Assembly: GCA_045656645.1 (NCBI GenBank)
Contig: JAZORN010000081.1
Coordinates: forward strand, 490-64,489
Direction: 5' to 3'
Source of the DNA: Clostridia bacterium
GTDB lineage: Bacteria; Bacillota; Clostridia; UMGS1883
Length of the DNA stretch: 64,000 nucleotides
Shown here: in pieces, positions 25,732-35,812 of the stretch
Numbering within the stretch: the first letter of the stretch is position 1
Layout: the number at the start of each line of letters is the position of its first letter
Notes under the pieces: generated by a model
Told to the model about the DNA's origin: nothing
Database searches by the model: none
The model's input: the letters and a program-made list of their open reading frames with translations, nothing else
Position numbers and translations under genes: made by a program

Positions 25732-26496
25732 TTAAATTACTATACTTACATCGCCCGAACTAAGTGTATAAAGCTTTCCGTCGTCCTTTTTTACTATAAG
25801 TGCAAATTCATCATCAATCCCGACGGCATCAGCCTGCTCTACCCTGCCATTTTCAATAACATCAATGCGCCTGCCCGTTACGAGCGAATTTTCTCTGTAC
25901 TCTTGCAATATTTCGTCTTTTTTGCATTTGTTGTAAGCAGTTATAAATTCATTAATTATCTCTGCTATAACTCGCTCTCTCATATGCTCTTTTTCTTCTT
26001 CAAAAAGTGCGCCTGCCCTCAGCTTAATATCATCGGGGAAACCTCCTTGGGGAACTGTCACATTCACGCCTATCCCCAATATAGCATATCCGTTTTCCCC
26101 CAGTGAGGACTCTGTCAATATTCCGCAGACTTTTTTTCCATCAACATAGATATCATTAACCCATTTTATGTATGCCTTTTTATCTGTAAGCTTTTCAAAA
26201 GCACGTGCGCAGCATACTGCGGCATATGTTGTAATATATAGCGGATTTAATCTTTCATTCGGGCGCAGAAGAATACTCATATAAACTCCGCTGCCCTTTG
26301 GCGAGTGAAAGGTACGTCCAAGCCTTCCCCGTCCTCCGCTTTGCTGCTCGGCAATTATTACGCAAAATTCCTGACCGCCCTCTTTTGCAAGTTCTTTCAT
26401 AAGGGTGTTGGTGGAATTTACACATTCATATAAATCTATTTTTGGGAGCTTATAAATAAGCTCCCTTTCAATATATTCTTTATCCATTTCAGTCAC
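25732..26496 (-). CDS. birA: Biotin--[acetyl-CoA-carboxylase] ligase (no N-terminal HTH)
   Basis: QQSGGRGRLGRTFHSP biotin-ligase signature and KWVNDIY. Confidence 0.85.
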   Translation of the reverse strand: MTEMDKEYIERELIYKLPKIDLYECVNSTNTLMKELAKEGGQEFCVIIAEQQSGGRGRLGRTFHSPKGSGVYMSILLRPNERLNPLYITTYAAVCCARAFEKLTDKKAYIKWVNDIYVDGKKVCGILTESSLGENGYAILGIGVNVTVPQGGFPDDIKLRAGALFEEEKEHMRERVIAEIINEFITAYNKCKKDEILQEYRENSLVTGRRIDVIENGRVEQADAVGIDDEFALIVKKDDGKLYTLSSGDVSIVI

Positions 26497-26507
26497 CGTT
26501 ATCTGTA

Positions 26508-27500
26508 TCAGAGAACAATCTCATCAATCATATCAAGCTCTTCCTGAGAAAACACTGTTTTCTCCGACATTTTTATATTTTCCAATATCTGCTGCGGCTT
26601 TGATGCACCGATAAGAACACTTGTTATTCCTTCCTTACTGTATACCCACGAAAGTGCCATCTGTGCAAGTGTCTGCCCTCTCTCACATGCAAGTTTATTA
26701 AGCTTTTCAATCTTTATAATGACATCCTCTGAAATTGAGTTTTCATTAAGAAATCTTCCATCTGTACGCACCCTGCTGTCGTTGGGAATTCCCTTAAGGT
26801 ACCTTTCGGTGAGTAATCCCTGCGCAAGGGGGCTGAATATAATCAATCCTTTTTTAAGGGCTTTCGCCTCATCAATTATTCCATTCTTTTCTGCCGTTCT
26901 GTCAAATATTGAATATCTGTTCTGATTTATTATGAACGGGCAATGAAGCTCATTTAATATTTTTGCCGCCTCTTTCATTGTTTCTCCGTCATAATTTGAA
27001 AGTCCTATATAAAGTGCCTTACCGCTTTTTACAATTTGGTCAAGTGCCCACATTGTTTCATAAAGCGGAGTATCTTTATCCATTCTGTGATGATAAAATA
27101 TATCTACATAATCAATATTCATTCTTTTAAGGCTCTGGTCTATACTTGCACACAGATATTTTTTACTTCCGAAATCTCCGTACGGACCGGGCCACATATA
27201 ATAACCCGCCTTTGTGCTGATAATCATTTCATCACGATAGCTTTTCATATTTTCGTTTAGGATTTTACCAAAATTCCTTTCGGCACTTCCCGCCTGAGGG
27301 CCGTAATTATTTGCCAGGTCAAAATGCGTTATACCGTTATCAAACGCCGTATAGCACATCTTCGTCATATTGTTATAGTCAGAATTATCCCCGAAGTTAT
27401 GCCATAAACCAAGCGATACTGCAGGAAGCTTTAAGCCGCTTTCTCCGCAGTGGTTATATTCCATCAGATTATATCTGTTTTCATTTGCAACATAGCTCAT
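26508..27500 (-). CDS. Aldo/keto reductase (YghZ/Kv-beta-like)
   Basis: AKR motifs are present (GITHFDLANNYG, STKAG, DIFYHHRMD). The ATG at 27500 lies 9 nt after AGGAGG; the track start 27554 overlaps the upstream gene. Confidence 0.9.
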   Translation of the reverse strand: MSYVANENRYNLMEYNHCGESGLKLPAVSLGLWHNFGDNSDYNNMTKMCYTAFDNGITHFDLANNYGPQAGSAERNFGKILNENMKSYRDEMIISTKAGYYMWPGPYGDFGSKKYLCASIDQSLKRMNIDYVDIFYHHRMDKDTPLYETMWALDQIVKSGKALYIGLSNYDGETMKEAAKILNELHCPFIINQNRYSIFDRTAEKNGIIDEAKALKKGLIIFSPLAQGLLTERYLKGIPNDSRVRTDGRFLNENSISEDVIIKIEKLNKLACERGQTLAQMALSWVYSKEGITSVLIGASKPQQILENIKMSEKTVFSQEELDMIDEIVL

Positions 27501-27519
27501 TTGCCATATTCCTCCTTTT

Positions 27520-29157
27520 TCAATGCACAATAGTGCTTCCCCCAATAAATTCACGTATTATAGACGTTGGCGGAACTGCGTATGGGTACATATCTTCAAA
27601 ATAGGATAAAAGCTGTATAAGCCGCCTTGCACGGCTGTAATACTCACTTTTTTCATCTATATTCATAAGAAGCTCCATTGCAGGTTTTTTAAGCACTGCA
27701 AGCTCGTAAACAAGAGATGAATTAAATACCTGGTCTGCCTCACTTTCAAACGGGAATATATATTCCCGCTCACCTCTTCTGACACTTCCCCAAAGCTTGA
27801 AAGTACCCTCTGCACTCGTATTTCTATAGGAGGCATCACGTACCATTCTGCGTAAAAGACGGTTGTCAGTAGGTGAAAACGCATTATATTCATCAAGGCA
27901 CAGACTTGTCAATGCGCTAAGATATATTTTATATTTATTCTTTCTTTCAACCTTGCTTGTAAGAAGCTCGTTCAGGGCATGTATTCCCTCCGCTATTATA
28001 ATCTGTCCGTCTTTAAGAGAAATGGTCTTACCCTCTACACGTTTTCTGATGTTAAAATCATATTTAGGGATAGAAACACTCTCACCTTTTGCGAGACGTG
28101 AAAGATGCTCGTTAAAAAGCTTATAATCAATGGACTCCACACATTCAAAATCCATTTCCCCTTTTTCGTCACGGGGCATATGCTCATCATCAACATAATA
28201 GTCATCAAGAGAAATCACAACTGGCTCAATATGATTGATTTTAAGGTGCAGACAAAGTCTGTTTGCAAACGTCGTTTTTCCCGATGCAGACGGTCCTGCA
28301 ATCAGAATTATCTTTATTTCGGGATTTTCCTTTATTTTGTCTGCAATACTGCTTATACGCTTTTCGTGCAGTCCCTCAGAAAGATTTATAAGCTCCGTTC
28401 CTTTACCCTCACATATATATTTATTAAGACTGAATATATCCGCCGCACCGATAGTCGTTATCCAGTCACGGTAATCTTCGATTGCACGGTGCACCTTTTC
28501 ACCCGATTTAATTTCGGGAATTTTATCAATAGTATAGTTTGTGGGATATTTTAGTAAAAATCCGTCATCATATACCCTTATTTCAAACTTTTCCACGCTT
28601 CTGAGGCTGTAGGCAAGCGGTTGGTACATAATATGGTATCTCTTCGCAGTTTTGCAAAGCTTTATTTTCTCTACGGGAAGCATATCTATCTCCCCTGCAC
28701 GCTTACTGTCACCGCAGGATGCAAAAATTTCTGCTGCAGCCGCCTTTTTAACCTCGGTCTGCATCATAGGATTATCTTCTTCTATAATGCTGTGCATTTT
28801 TTCTTTAATCTTTTGTGCAAGAAGCTCCTTGTTTTCGCCATCTGTTTCTATTTCAAAATAGGTGGACTTATTTACAGACTGTCTTATAAAGACGGCATTA
28901 CACCCTTTAATCTGCTCCGCTGCGTTAAGTAAAACAAGAATAAGGGTTTCTTTATAAATAAGATACCCTTCATCATTTTCTATAGTTATGGGTTCTACAA
29001 AATCATTTTCTTTTATTACATAATCCTTATCCATTATAACATTATTAACCTTGCAGGAAAGGACGCTTTTTTCCATTTTAATGCTCTTTATATAATCACC
29101 AAGAGTAGTTTTTCCATCTACAACTGTATTCTTTCTGTCGTAGGTAAAAGCAGTCAT
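27520..29157 (-). CDS. Uridine kinase/PRK-family nucleoside kinase with a long N-terminal TGS/ThrRS-like extension
   Basis: P-loop AGPSASGKTTFANRL lies near residue 290, and the kinase core follows it. The N-terminal ~280 aa resembles ThrRS N-terminal modules. Confidence 0.7.
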   Translation of the reverse strand: MTAFTYDRKNTVVDGKTTLGDYIKSIKMEKSVLSCKVNNVIMDKDYVIKENDFVEPITIENDEGYLIYKETLILVLLNAAEQIKGCNAVFIRQSVNKSTYFEIETDGENKELLAQKIKEKMHSIIEEDNPMMQTEVKKAAAAEIFASCGDSKRAGEIDMLPVEKIKLCKTAKRYHIMYQPLAYSLRSVEKFEIRVYDDGFLLKYPTNYTIDKIPEIKSGEKVHRAIEDYRDWITTIGAADIFSLNKYICEGKGTELINLSEGLHEKRISSIADKIKENPEIKIILIAGPSASGKTTFANRLCLHLKINHIEPVVISLDDYYVDDEHMPRDEKGEMDFECVESIDYKLFNEHLSRLAKGESVSIPKYDFNIRKRVEGKTISLKDGQIIIAEGIHALNELLTSKVERKNKYKIYLSALTSLCLDEYNAFSPTDNRLLRRMVRDASYRNTSAEGTFKLWGSVRRGEREYIFPFESEADQVFNSSLVYELAVLKKPAMELLMNIDEKSEYYSRARRLIQLLSYFEDMYPYAVPPTSIIREFIGGSTIVH

Positions 29158-29162
29158 TTATA

Positions 29163-30581
29163 TCACCTCAAAAATTCAAGTGCATTTTTCTTCTTCTCTA
29201 TTATTTCATCAATTCGGTTAATATAATCAGCAGCCTCTTTCGGATTAAAAATTCTTTCTATTCTGTCGCCTCGCACCATTTTTGTTGATGCACCGCCACC
29301 GAGAGCAAGGATTGTCTGAATTTCCTCCATAATATATATATTATAAAGGCTTTCGTGCCCCTCACGTGAAAATCCCGTATTTTCAAGATTTCCGAGGGTG
29401 TTTTTCTGCTTATACAGATAATAGGGTGAAAATCCCTCTTTTTTAAGGAAATCATGCGAAAAATCTACCATTTCGGCAGTATTACTTGCAAACCGCAGTT
29501 TTTCAAAATCGCCGATAAGGCGTGCCGCACGCTTAAGATACATTGTATGCACTGTCACCGCATCGGGTGAAAGGGCGCATACCTCTTTAACAGTTTTCCG
29601 GAAAGCCTTAGTATCCTCCCCCGGAAGACCTGCAATAATGTCGGCATTTATACTTAGTGACGGATATTTTTTTGCCATTTCAAATGCCCTTATTGTATCT
29701 TCTACACTATGACGTCTGCCTATTTCCCTGAGCGTTTCTTCATTCATTGTCTGCGGATTGATGCTGATACGATTAACCCCGTTTGTATCGAGCACAGAAA
29801 GCATTTCATCCGAAAATGTATCGGGACGTCCTGCCTCAACGGTAAACTCACTTAGTGTAGATATATCAAAGCATTCTTTAACTCTTTTAATCAGCTTTTC
29901 AAGGTTTTGCGGTGAAAGTGTTGTCGGTGTTCCTCCGCCGAAATAGATTGTTTCCACACTGTAACCAAGGTCCTCTGCCATAACAGCCGTATGCTCAATT
30001 TCTTTAATAAGTGCTTCTACATAAGGCTCTACAAACTTCTGATTATGTGCCATTGCCTGAGATATAAAGGAGCAGTACACACATCTTGTCGGGCAGAATG
30101 GTATTCCTAGATAAAGGCTTACTGTGTTTTGCGCCCGTTTTTCAAGAAGCATCTTTTCCTTTTTTGCTACATCCAGGGAAAGCTGTGCCTTTTTCTGTGT
30201 CACAAGAAATTCATTTTCCATATATGAAAGGATTTCCTTGTCAGACTTATTCTCATCAAGCATCATTCTTGCCGTTTTTGCAGGTCTTATTCCCGTGGAA
30301 ATCCCCCACGGCGTCGGCATTGAAGATAGCTTTTTGCACGCAAAAAACACCGATTTTTTCACTAAATCGCTTAGTGTTCTTCTATCGGGTGAAATATCCG
30401 CTATTTCGACTTCACCCTCAGCGTATTTTTCGCCGAGGGTGATTTTTGTAATTGCTTTATAAGTGTCTTTTTCGTTATAAAGTAAGGAATCTACTCTAAA
30501 GGATGCGTTAAGGTCAAAAAACAGTTGTAAAATCTGTCTTACGGCATCTTCAAACGAGTGTCCCTGCGTAATAATTTCCAT
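29163..30581 (-). CDS. hemZ: Radical SAM coproporphyrinogen-dehydrogenase-like protein (HemZ family)
   Basis: CPTRCVYCSF radical SAM cluster motif. The size and the context after relA and the MBL gene are typical of clostridial hemZ. Confidence 0.75.
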   Translation of the reverse strand: MEIITQGHSFEDAVRQILQLFFDLNASFRVDSLLYNEKDTYKAITKITLGEKYAEGEVEIADISPDRRTLSDLVKKSVFFACKKLSSMPTPWGISTGIRPAKTARMMLDENKSDKEILSYMENEFLVTQKKAQLSLDVAKKEKMLLEKRAQNTVSLYLGIPFCPTRCVYCSFISQAMAHNQKFVEPYVEALIKEIEHTAVMAEDLGYSVETIYFGGGTPTTLSPQNLEKLIKRVKECFDISTLSEFTVEAGRPDTFSDEMLSVLDTNGVNRISINPQTMNEETLREIGRRHSVEDTIRAFEMAKKYPSLSINADIIAGLPGEDTKAFRKTVKEVCALSPDAVTVHTMYLKRAARLIGDFEKLRFASNTAEMVDFSHDFLKKEGFSPYYLYKQKNTLGNLENTGFSREGHESLYNIYIMEEIQTILALGGGASTKMVRGDRIERIFNPKEAADYINRIDEIIEKKKNALEFLR

Positions 30582-31210
30582 TAATTATCAGTCCTAATAT
30601 GATGAAGTATATACGGATTACTAACCCTTTCCTCGCCTATTGTGGTTGCCTCTCCGTGTCCCGGATAAACCTTTACACAATCATCAAAATTATCCATAAC
30701 GTATTTAAGGGAGTTCATATGTGTACGAAGCTCGCTTCGGTCAAATTTACCTATACTTCCCTTAAAAAGTAAATCTCCGCCGAAAAGGTTTTCTTCGCAC
30801 TCATAGCATACACACCCTTTGCTGTGCCCGGGGGTATGGTGCACCTTGATTTTTTCTGTGCCTAAATTTAAAACCTCATCTCCAAAAAGAGGAATTTCTC
30901 CGCTGTATGGCTCAACCTCTTCCATCATCGTAAAGCCAAGGTTTTTACTGTTGTCACGAAGCATAATCGCATCCTGCGTATGTATATATACAGGTGCACC
31001 GCTGTATCGTGCAAGAGCGCTGACTGCTCCGATATGGTCAAAATGACCGTGTGTCAGGAGTATCATTTTAATTTTTGCTTTGCTTTCTTCAATTTTCTTT
31101 ATAATAACATCTGCCTGCGCACCGGGGTCAATTACTGCCGCCTCACCATTATGGGTAAGTATATAGCAGTTCTCCTCCAATGTGCCGACAACAACAGTCT
31201 GTATCTCCAT
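30581..31210 (-). CDS. MBL-fold metallo-hydrolase (glyoxalase II-like)
   Basis: LLTHGHFDHIG zinc motif and a later HTPGHS. Confidence 0.85.
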   Translation of the reverse strand: MEIQTVVVGTLEENCYILTHNGEAAVIDPGAQADVIIKKIEESKAKIKMILLTHGHFDHIGAVSALARYSGAPVYIHTQDAIMLRDNSKNLGFTMMEEVEPYSGEIPLFGDEVLNLGTEKIKVHHTPGHSKGCVCYECEENLFGGDLLFKGSIGKFDRSELRTHMNSLKYVMDNFDDCVKVYPGHGEATTIGEERVSNPYILHHIRTDN

Positions 31211-31230
31211 TTTTTATTTCTCTCCGTTTA

Positions 31231-33402
31231 TTACTGCACCGTTCTCTTGATTTCATATACACCGGGTACACGGTGAAGCTTTCTTATAATACTGTCAATT
31301 TCTTCCTTGCCCGTTACATCAATCGTAATATCGATAAGTGCCGTTCTGTCCTTAAGCGGACGTGCATTTGCCGCAATAAGGTTTATCTTCTGCTCCGATA
31401 CCACTGCAATAACATCAGCAAGTATTCCGTTACGGTTTGTACATTCAATGCTAAGCTCTGTATGGAATGCTGTAGAAATATCATCAAGCCAGCTGCATTC
31501 TATCATACGTGCACGCATTTCATCCGTCATTTTATCTGCCTGCACATTTATACAGTCGCATCTGTGTACACTGACGCCTCTGCCCTTTGTTATAAAGCCG
31601 ATAATGTCATCACCCGGTACGGGATTACAACAACGCGAAAGTCTTACAAGGCAGTTATCAACACCACGCACCTCAATACCACTGTCACCCTTATGCGTTT
31701 TGTGAGTATTGGGTTTGGGTGATATTTCAGTTATTACTTCGGTTTCCTTGTGGTCATTTTGGTAGCTGTCACGAAGTCTTGTAACTACCTTTGCCGCAGT
31801 TATTCCGCCAAAGCCGATTGCTGCATACATTTCTTCAACATTTGCAAAGCCGTAACGCTTTAGCATCGGATCAAGATATTTACTCTGGAAAAGGTCGGAC
31901 TGCGACATTCCAACTCTCTTGAATTCATTTTCAACGGCATTTCTGCCACGCTCTATATTAATTTCACGGTTTTCCTTCTTAAACCAGGAGTTTATCTTAC
32001 TGCGTGCTGTACTTGTCTTGACAATTTTCAGCCAGTCCATACTCGGCCCTTTGCCTGCGCCCGAGGTTATTACCTCTACAATATCGCCGTTTTGCAGCTT
32101 ATAATCAAGGTTTACAATTTTTGAATTAACCTTTGCCCCCGTCATTTTATAGCCGACTGCTGAATGGATATAGAATGCAAAGTCAATCGGTGTTGCACCT
32201 GCAGGAAGACCTATAACATCACCTCTTGGTGTAAATACGAACACCTCATCGGCAAACATATCTATTTTGAGCATACGCATAAATTCCTCGGGGTCAACCG
32301 CCTCGCTCTGAATTTCAAGAAGTCTGTTTACCCATTCAAGGTTTTCTTTATCTCCTGCCTTGCCCTCTTTATATTTCCAGTGCGCCGCAACACCACGCTC
32401 TGCAACACGGTGCATATCCCAGGTTCTTATCTGTATTTCAAAGGGCTGACCATCAGGGCCGATTACCGTTGTATGCAAAGATTGGTACATATTGGGCTTG
32501 GGCATTGCAATATAGTCCTTAAATCTTCCGGGGATTGGCTTATATTCCTCATGCACCATACCTAAAACGGCATAACATTCAGCCACAGTATCAACTATAA
32601 TTCTTACAGCAAAAAGGTCATATATTTCATCAAGTGTCTTATTCTGGTTATACATTTTCCTGAAAATGCTGTATATATGCTTTGCACGGGCAACAATATG
32701 GCACTGTATTCCCATAGCCTCCATCTTGTCGGCAATAACGTCCCTCACATTCTGAACATATGCATCACGCTCTGACTGCTTCTGTGAAAGGCCGTCAACA
32801 ATCTCGTAATAAGCAACACTGTCAAGATGCTTGAGCGCCAAATCCTCAAGCTCTATCTTAATTTTTGAAATACCAAGTCTGTATGCAAGAGGTGCGTATA
32901 CATCAAGCGCCTCTTTCGCCTTTTCAAGCTGTTTTTCGGGCTTCATATGCTTTAACGTACGCATATTGTGAAGCTTATCGGCAAGCTTTATCAGCACAAC
33001 CCTGATATCCTCTGCCATTGCAAAGAACATTTTTCGAAGATTTTCTATCTGTGCCTCTTCCTTGGATATGCACTTAATTTTGTCAAGCTTTGTAACACCT
33101 TCTACAAGCATTGCAACCTGCTCGCCGAATTCATTTTTCATCTGCTCGTAGCCAAAGGGGGTGTCCTCAATAACATCGTGGAGCAAGCCTGCCATAATAG
33201 CCTCACAATCAAGCTCCATATCAGCTAAAATACACGCAACCTCATACGGGTGAACAAAATAAGGCTCACCACTGTGACGAAGCTGATTTGAATGTTCTTC
33301 CCTGCATCTTTTATAGGCTTTATATAAAAGAGCTTCATCACAAGCTACGTTCTTATTATATTTTCTTATTTTCTCCATTAAAGCATCAAATGCATAATCC
33401 AT
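31231..33402 (-). CDS. relA: Bifunctional (p)ppGpp synthetase/hydrolase
   Basis: HD hydrolase domain (RHSGEPYFVHP, HDVIEDT), synthetase domain (YKSLHT-like QSLHTTV), and C-terminal TGS and ACT regions. Confidence 0.95.
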   Translation of the reverse strand: MDYAFDALMEKIRKYNKNVACDEALLYKAYKRCREEHSNQLRHSGEPYFVHPYEVACILADMELDCEAIMAGLLHDVIEDTPFGYEQMKNEFGEQVAMLVEGVTKLDKIKCISKEEAQIENLRKMFFAMAEDIRVVLIKLADKLHNMRTLKHMKPEKQLEKAKEALDVYAPLAYRLGISKIKIELEDLALKHLDSVAYYEIVDGLSQKQSERDAYVQNVRDVIADKMEAMGIQCHIVARAKHIYSIFRKMYNQNKTLDEIYDLFAVRIIVDTVAECYAVLGMVHEEYKPIPGRFKDYIAMPKPNMYQSLHTTVIGPDGQPFEIQIRTWDMHRVAERGVAAHWKYKEGKAGDKENLEWVNRLLEIQSEAVDPEEFMRMLKIDMFADEVFVFTPRGDVIGLPAGATPIDFAFYIHSAVGYKMTGAKVNSKIVNLDYKLQNGDIVEVITSGAGKGPSMDWLKIVKTSTARSKINSWFKKENREINIERGRNAVENEFKRVGMSQSDLFQSKYLDPMLKRYGFANVEEMYAAIGFGGITAAKVVTRLRDSYQNDHKETEVITEISPKPNTHKTHKGDSGIEVRGVDNCLVRLSRCCNPVPGDDIIGFITKGRGVSVHRCDCINVQADKMTDEMRARMIECSWLDDISTAFHTELSIECTNRNGILADVIAVVSEQKINLIAANARPLKDRTALIDITIDVTGKEEIDSIIRKLHRVPGVYEIKRTVQ

Positions 33403-33441
33403 ACTGTCACTTCCTTTGCCGCAAAGTCACTGCGCTGACTT

Positions 33442-35451
33442 TTAGTAGGCGGCTTCAACCTCTTTTTTAATTTTCTGATATTCTTCGCTCTTATCTATTG
33501 AAACCTTTTTACCTTTTTCGCTCTCGTAAACTGTTACCTGAACAACATCGCCGAGCTTATGGTAATTAAGTATCTTAAGGTCCTTGAACACCCTCAGCAC
33601 GTTTATAATCTTATCACGCATAATACGTCTGCCGAAAAGCTCCGTAAATTTACCTGAAAGCGTTGAAAGCTCCTCACTCACGCTGTTGCGCATTCTGAAA
33701 TATTTATAAATATCAACAAAATCCTGTCTGTCGGGCAACACGTCTGCCGCCTTTTTCTCTGCCATTCTTATTCCGCACAGAATTATCTGCAGCCTTGTCT
33801 GTCCGTTATAAAGATTGATATTAAGCTCACCTGCAACGTCAACAATATCGCCAGGATAAAACTCCGATGCCATACTGCCTGCACCAAAAGCAATTGCCTC
33901 AACAAGTCTTCTGTCACTTTCAAGCAGGAAACGGCAATGCTTTCCGTCTGAAAGGGTTTTTACATCAACAACCTTTACACCCATAAGTGCAAAAACGGGC
34001 ACCTTGTTTCCTGCGCCGTACGGTGCAAGAACCTCTGTCTTTCTTATAGTTGCGGCATTAATGTCATTAACCGTAATTTTTGAATCTATCATTAGACTGG
34101 GAAGCTTTCCTGACTCTGCTCCCTCACAAACATACTCATTAAGACGTCTGTCAAGTTCTTCAATATATTCTTCCTTGATTGAAAAGCCTGCCGCATATGC
34201 GTGACCGCCAAACTTTTCAAGAATGTCGGCACAATTGCTCAGCGCATCAAAAAGATTAATTCCGTCAACACTTCTGCCCGAGCTTTTACACCATTCATCA
34301 TCTATAGAAATAAGAATACACGTTTTATTGTACTTTTCACAAATTCGTGATGCCACAACACCAATAATTCCGTGATGCCAGTTACGCTTTGCAAGAACAA
34401 GCACCTTTTTATCGGCAATATCAATACTATTTATCATTTCCACTGCTTCGTCAAATATAATTTTTTCCTCATACTGACGGTTTTTATTCTCTTCATCAAG
34501 CTTTATAGCAAGCTCCTGCGCCTCAATCGGGTCCTCTGTAAGGAGTAAATCAACTGCAATCATTGCATTTGACATTCTTCCTGCAGCATTAAGTCTTGGT
34601 GCTATGGAATAGCTTACAACAGCACAGTTATTCCATTTCTGACGAAGACCGAGTGTGGCAATTACCGCCGCAAGTCCCGTATTGGGATTTTTGGAAAGCT
34701 TTTCAATACCACGTGCCGCAATAATTCTGTTTTCGCCCTTAAGCGATACTACATCGGCAATCGTTCCGAGTGCTACGAGGTCTGCATATTTGTCAAGAAG
34801 CTCCGCTTCACTCTTATCACTCGCTGCACAAACAAGCTTGAACGCAACACCCACGCCCGCTAAGTCCTTAAAAGGATAGCCTGAGTCCATTCTCTTTGGA
34901 TTGATAACTGCAACTGCATCAGGAAGCTCTGCCTTACATTCGTGGTGGTCAGTTATTATAACATCACAACCAAGCTCTTTTGCATATTCTGTTTCTTCAA
35001 ATGCAGTTATTCCCGTATCAACACTGATGAGAAGTGTTGCACCGCTATCGTGAATTTTTTTAACTGCGGCTTTGTTAATACCGTATCCCTCATTCTGTCT
35101 GTCGGGTATGTATGCCTGCGCATTTACTCCCTGATTACGCAGGAAACTAACAAGAAGTGCCGTTGATGTAATTCCGTCAACATCATAATCTCCGTACACA
35201 ACAACGTGCTCTTTCTTTTCAATTGCCTCCTTAATTCTTGCAACTGCTTTGTCCATATCGCAAAGAAGCTGCGGTGAATAAAAGCTTCCGGAATCCTTGT
35301 CAAGAAATTTCTTTGCCTCTGCCGCATCGGTAAAGCCCCTGTTTAAAAGCACCTTTGCAACAATAACGGGAATATCAAAAATATCTGAATATGCCTCTGC
35401 CTGAGCATTATCAATATTTTCGTCAAGAAATACCCATTCCTTTTCAAGCAT
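33442..35451 (-). CDS. recJ: Single-stranded-DNA-specific exonuclease RecJ
   Basis: DHH motifs are present (GDYDVDGITS, SVDTG, ITDHH), followed by DHHA1 GGHAYAAG. Confidence 0.95.
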   Translation of the reverse strand: MLEKEWVFLDENIDNAQAEAYSDIFDIPVIVAKVLLNRGFTDAAEAKKFLDKDSGSFYSPQLLCDMDKAVARIKEAIEKKEHVVVYGDYDVDGITSTALLVSFLRNQGVNAQAYIPDRQNEGYGINKAAVKKIHDSGATLLISVDTGITAFEETEYAKELGCDVIITDHHECKAELPDAVAVINPKRMDSGYPFKDLAGVGVAFKLVCAASDKSEAELLDKYADLVALGTIADVVSLKGENRIIAARGIEKLSKNPNTGLAAVIATLGLRQKWNNCAVVSYSIAPRLNAAGRMSNAMIAVDLLLTEDPIEAQELAIKLDEENKNRQYEEKIIFDEAVEMINSIDIADKKVLVLAKRNWHHGIIGVVASRICEKYNKTCILISIDDEWCKSSGRSVDGINLFDALSNCADILEKFGGHAYAAGFSIKEEYIEELDRRLNEYVCEGAESGKLPSLMIDSKITVNDINAATIRKTEVLAPYGAGNKVPVFALMGVKVVDVKTLSDGKHCRFLLESDRRLVEAIAFGAGSMASEFYPGDIVDVAGELNINLYNGQTRLQIILCGIRMAEKKAADVLPDRQDFVDIYKYFRMRNSVSEELSTLSGKFTELFGRRIMRDKIINVLRVFKDLKILNYHKLGDVVQVTVYESEKGKKVSIDKSEEYQKIKKEVEAAY

Positions 35452-35493
35452 TGATTATCCCTTCCTTCAATAAATAGTAACTATAATGAATTT

Positions 35494-35522
35494 ATTATAT
35501 CATATATATACGCGTGTTTCAA
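35494..35522 (-). promoter_or_regulatory. Sigma-A promoter for recJ
   Basis: On the minus strand: TTGAAA (35522-35517), 17 nt, TATAAT (35499-35494). Confidence 0.5.
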
Positions 35523-35535
35523 TCTTTTTATTTGG

Positions 35536-35609
35536 AAAAAAGAAGCGTGCCGCTTCACCCATTTCGCGTCCCAACTAAATTTAAATACGACAAATGTCGC
35601 TCGCGATAA
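35536..35609 (+). repeat. Copy A of a 74-nt dispersed repeat carrying a terminator-like hairpin
   Basis: 69 of 74 nt are identical to the reverse complement of 58581..58654. It contains GAAGCG-TGC-CGCTTC next to an A6 run, and CGACAAATGTCG. Confidence 0.85.
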
Positions 35610-35812
35610 AATTACGTAGTAAGTTTGTTAAAGTAACTTTTGGAATATAAGCCTCCCCTGTGTAAGGGGAGGTGGGTTTGCAAGGCAAATCCGGAGGGGT
35701 TGTTTTTACAAACTGTTATATTTTTTCATTATTTTTAAAAAAAATCTATACACGGAGAAAATTTTGTGATAAAATAGTCGCATACTAAACTAAAAAAGAA
35801 GGAGTCTTTTTT

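Noticed and set aside
35610-35812. Possible purine riboswitch or PurR box in the long purC leader.
   Set aside because: I could not find the conserved purine-riboswitch junction sequences or a three-way-junction fold. The region is instead occupied by a dispersed repeat and a CCTCCCCT/AGGGGAGG hairpin. An Rfam scan would settle it.
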